From the NCBI GenBank assembly GCA_045862955.1, contig BTVI01000002.1, forward strand, positions 32,001-96,000: DNA of 64,000 nucleotides, given 5' to 3'. Within the stretch, counting starts at the first letter, position 1. Each line of letters opens with the position of its first letter. A program made the translations under genes and the position numbers. The notes under the pieces were generated by a model, which searched no databases, was not told the DNA's origin, and saw only the letters and a program-made list of their open reading frames with translations. This DNA is from Fimbriimonadales bacterium. GTDB lineage: Bacteria; Armatimonadota; Fimbriimonadia; Fimbriimonadales; JABRVX01. Below are positions 60,709 to 64,000 of the stretch, piece after piece.

Positions 60709-62007
60709 ATGGTATCGATCGCACTATCCCTGTTCCTGCTCGCCTCCGCTTCGACTGGCATTTCCGCCCAGATCCCCAGCGACTGGCAGACCAACTTCCG
60801 ACCTGACGGAACCCCGAAGCCGCTGAACGACTCGGCGGACAACACGATCTGGCCGAACAAGTGGAGCCGTGCCAACTCCGACGAGTGGATCGTGAAGAAC
60901 CACGACCGCATCCGACAAATGCGCCCGCGCATCCTCATGATCAACTTCTCGAACGAAGTGGACCCAGCCAAGCCGATGCGGTTGGCTAATGAACTGATTG
61001 CGGCGCTGCGAGAGAGCAGCCGGTATCACGGGTACGAGAACCCCGCAGCGCCGCCATTCCTGGAGTACAGCGTGTGGCGCTACGTGGACCTGCGGGACGA
61101 GGACCGTAAGGAGAAGAACAGCCGCAAGAGCCCCATCAAACCCGACGTGCCGGAAAACCGCTGGAACTGCGACTACGGCGGCTTCTTCTCTGAGACGTTC
61201 GCCCAGTACATCGGCGTGCGCGATCCGAAGGACCCTAAGCGCTTTTTGCGGCTGGATGAGCTGGTCGACCAGGGTTACGTCCACGAGGTGTGGTTCACCG
61301 CCGCGGCGACCGGCGACTTCCGCTGCCTGGAGTGCGTGGAGATGAAGCCGGTGTATGACGAGAACTTCCAGCGCATTCCCGACAAGTTCGCGCAGGCAGG
61401 CAACGGTGGAGACCCTGACCAGAAGTGGACGGGTCGCTCCGTTCGTATCAACTGCTTCAATCAGGACCGTGGCATCGGGTGCGCCATGGAGAATCTAGGG
61501 CACGCGATGGAGGGTATGGCCCACAGCGGGTGCATTCCTTACTTCAGGAAGTACTTCTACGAGTATGCGATGTTCGACCTAGACAAGCGATACGGCTTGC
61601 CGTTCAACTCCTACTATCCCTTGTGGGGCGAGGGGAAGGGTATCACCTATCCCGACCCTAACACCGCTGTCGTGACGGACGGCGAGAAGATCTGGACGCT
61701 GAAGAACTACGTGGCAACAGGCGGCAATGTGCACTTTCCTCCGAATGCACGAAGTCACTATGATCAGGCCAACACCCAGCCCGTAATGTCTACTATCGAG
61801 GACTGGCGCATTGGTAGTGGGCCGGGTGGAAAGGATCGGGCCAAGCCGTGGACCGTCGCGGTGCTGGATCGTTTCAAGGACCTGGCGCCCGATTGCATGG
61901 GGAAGTGGCTGGTGTATTGGCGGCAGAACATGCCGGGTCTGGACAACCGCTCGAAGGACGATGACGGCAAGCCCATGAAAAACTGGTTCGTGTTTCTATT
62001 CTATTGA
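60709..62007 (+). CDS. Secreted hypothetical protein
   Basis: Signal peptide; VHEVW, ENLGHAMEG, C-terminal NWFVF. Confidence 0.65.
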   Translation: MVSIALSLFLLASASTGISAQIPSDWQTNFRPDGTPKPLNDSADNTIWPNKWSRANSDEWIVKNHDRIRQMRPRILMINFSNEVDPAKPMRLANELIAALRESSRYHGYENPAAPPFLEYSVWRYVDLRDEDRKEKNSRKSPIKPDVPENRWNCDYGGFFSETFAQYIGVRDPKDPKRFLRLDELVDQGYVHEVWFTAAATGDFRCLECVEMKPVYDENFQRIPDKFAQAGNGGDPDQKWTGRSVRINCFNQDRGIGCAMENLGHAMEGMAHSGCIPYFRKYFYEYAMFDLDKRYGLPFNSYYPLWGEGKGITYPDPNTAVVTDGEKIWTLKNYVATGGNVHFPPNARSHYDQANTQPVMSTIEDWRIGSGPGGKDRAKPWTVAVLDRFKDLAPDCMGKWLVYWRQNMPGLDNRSKDDDGKPMKNWFVFLFY

Positions 62008-62061
62008 TGTCGCCGGGACCTACGCCGGGGGCCTAATGACCTGCCCTCCGCGCGGGGAACT

Positions 62062-62415
62062 TGGTGGAGGCGGGGGGAGTTGAACCCCCTTCCAAGACCG
62101 ATGCCTCTCGGGCGTCTACGAGCGTAGCCTGCCTTCTTGTCTCGCGGAGCGCTAACCCGCAGGCGGGGATGCCACTCTCGCCAGTCCGGTTTCTTCTCGC
62201 CCCTCCGTGCTACGGACCGAAGCCGGAGACGCTAGTCGGATTTGTCCACGCCTCCTTCGCGCCTACCGACCCGGCGCTGGGAGACGGCTGCTGTTAATTA
62301 GGCAGCGTAAGCGTAAGAGTTCGCACTTACTGTTTTTGCCGCTTTTTTACGAGGCCAACGGCACCTCGGCTCGCAGCTCGAGCGCAAACCGACCCTGTCG
62401 AGCCCGTTCGCCCCC
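62062..62415 (-). ncRNA. ssrA: tmRNA
   Basis: 5' GGGGGCG pairs with 3' CGCCTCC-ACCA including G3.U; T-arm GTTCAACTC; tag ORF ANSYAYAA* at 62298..62324. Confidence 0.95.
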
Positions 62416-62517
62416 ACGTTGCACTTATTATACTTCCCAGACCCGCATTAGGTTCCACCAGGACCGTTGCGGGCTGTTGGGCAGGGAGGGCGGCGCCCGT
62501 CGGAGAAACTCTCGTTC

Positions 62518-63423
62518 GTGAGCAAGGCTTTTCTCTTCCCCGGTCAAGGTTCCCAGGTTCCCGGCATGGGCCGCAACATCCGCGAGGCTTCATCGGCCGC
62601 GCGCGAGGCCTTCGAGCGCGTGAGCGAGGCGGTTGGAAGCGACGTGGCCGCCCTCTGTAACGAAAGCGATCCGGAGACGCTCCGCCGCACCGAGAACGCC
62701 CAGATTGCGCTCTATACCTGTGGCGTAGCGACGGCCGCAGCGCTGAACGAGAAGGGACTCGTGCCTGCGTTCACTCTCGGCCACAGCGTCGGCGAGTACG
62801 CTGCACTAGCGGCTGCAGGCGTCATCTCGCTAGAAGACGGCGCTCGCCTCGTCGCTCGCCGCGGCGAGCTAATGTCCCAAGCAGAGAACGGCGGAATGGC
62901 TGCGATCATCGGACTGGACGATGCACAAGTGGAAGCGGCTTGCTCCGGTGTTTCGGAAGGCATCGTGGTGGTCGCCAACTACAACTCGCCCGGCCAGGTC
63001 GTGATCTCCGGAGAGCCGGCTGCGGTGGCGGCGGCGTGCGCGAACGCCACGGCGGCAGGGGCGCGACGGGTGGTCCCGCTGAACGTCTCGGGTGCATTCC
63101 ACTCGCCGCTGATGCAGGAAGCTGCGGCCCACATGCGCTCGGCTCTGGCGAGCGTTTCGTTCTCCACGGGCACCGCCCGGGTGGCGTCCAACGTCCTGGG
63201 CGATTTCGTGACAGACGCAGCCGCCTGGCCCGATCTCCTCGCGAGGCAGATAGCGTCGCCTGTTCGCTGGACAGACTGCATTCGGGCGGCGGTGCGCGAA
63301 GGCGCTACGGAGTTCTTCGAGTGTGGGCCAGGCAACGTGTTGTGTGGTCTGCTGCGGCGCATTGCGCCCGAGGCCGAGTGCACCGGCGTGGGGGACGCAG
63401 AGGCTTTGGCAGGACTTTCTTAG
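62518..63423 (+). CDS. fabD: Malonyl-CoA-ACP transacylase
   Basis: FPGQGSQ, GHSVGEY, ANYNSPGQ, VSGAFHS. Confidence 0.95.
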   Translation: MSKAFLFPGQGSQVPGMGRNIREASSAAREAFERVSEAVGSDVAALCNESDPETLRRTENAQIALYTCGVATAAALNEKGLVPAFTLGHSVGEYAALAAAGVISLEDGARLVARRGELMSQAENGGMAAIIGLDDAQVEAACSGVSEGIVVVANYNSPGQVVISGEPAAVAAACANATAAGARRVVPLNVSGAFHSPLMQEAAAHMRSALASVSFSTGTARVASNVLGDFVTDAAAWPDLLARQIASPVRWTDCIRAAVREGATEFFECGPGNVLCGLLRRIAPEAECTGVGDAEALAGLS

Positions 63424-63445
63424 TGGCGCAGGTAGACTTTCCCGC

Positions 63446-64000
63446 ATGGATTTCGCCCTAACGAACGAGCACAAGCTGATTCAGGAGAGTGCCCGCCGCT
63501 TCGCCGAAACCGAAGTGCTGCCCGGCCTGAAAGAACGAGACCGGGAGGGAAGGCCCGACCCCAACCTGCTCAAGAAGATGGGCGAAGCGGGGCTGCTCGG
63601 CGTGTGCATTCCCGCCAAGTACGGGGGGCAGGATGCGGACTATGTCAGCCTCGGCCTCGTGTGCGAAGAACTGGAGCGAGCCGATAGCACCGCGCGCGTG
63701 ATCATGTCCGTGCACGTCGGGTTGAACAGCCTGGCGCTGCTGCAGTGGGGAACGGAGGAACAGAAGCAGCGATTCCTGGTGCCACAGGCGAAGGGTGAGA
63801 AGTTCGCCGGCTTCGGACTGACAGAGCCCAACGCCGGCTCTGACGTGGTGGGCATCCGAAGCACCGCGGTGCGCGATGGTGACACGTATGTGTTGAACGG
63901 CGAGAAGACGTGGATCAGCCTGGCCGACCTGGCGGACCACTTCCTGGTAGTGGCCTACACGGATCGTGCGAAGAAGTCGCGTGGGATGACGGCGTTCGTA
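63446..64000 (+). CDS. Acyl-CoA dehydrogenase, 3'-truncated by window edge
   Basis: MDFALTNEHKLIQESARRFAE, FGLTEPNAGSD, LNGEKTWIS. Confidence 0.9.
   Translation, partial: MDFALTNEHKLIQESARRFAETEVLPGLKERDREGRPDPNLLKKMGEAGLLGVCIPAKYGGQDADYVSLGLVCEELERADSTARVIMSVHVGLNSLALLQWGTEEQKQRFLVPQAKGEKFAGFGLTEPNAGSDVVGIRSTAVRDGDTYVLNGEKTWISLADLADHFLVVAYTDRAKKSRGMTAFV

Noticed and set aside
62008..62100. Island integrated at the tmRNA 3' end
   Set aside because: No integrase and no duplicate of the ssrA 3' end seen in the window

Overview
A GC-rich bacterial chromosomal window, densely coding. The gene mix (PEP-CTERM proteins, prepilin cluster, remA next to mreBCD, solo LuxR) suggests Armatimonadota or a similar lineage; this is an inference only. 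Housekeeping genes include ychF, galK, nagA, dprA, mdh, trpB2, purH, mreBCD, gdh, fabD and tmRNA. Accessory content includes a type IV pilin operon, a type III restriction-modification pair, glycan-active enzymes, an ABC exporter, three tandem paralogous exported proteins and a thioester alpha-2-macroglobulin. The strongest novelty candidates are: (1) a type III Res subunit with an extra C-terminal HEPN-like domain (Rx5H); (2) an alpha-2-macroglobulin with a GspG/pseudopilin-like insert next to its bait region; (3) a leaderless coiled-coil/Lys-Ala linker/winged-helix protein built like a xenogeneic silencer; (4) a KimA-like transporter coupled to a STAS-USP fusion; (5) a REP-like family found only between convergent genes and amplified into 17-bp and 57-bp tandem arrays. 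All family assignments come from motifs read by eye; no searches were run.
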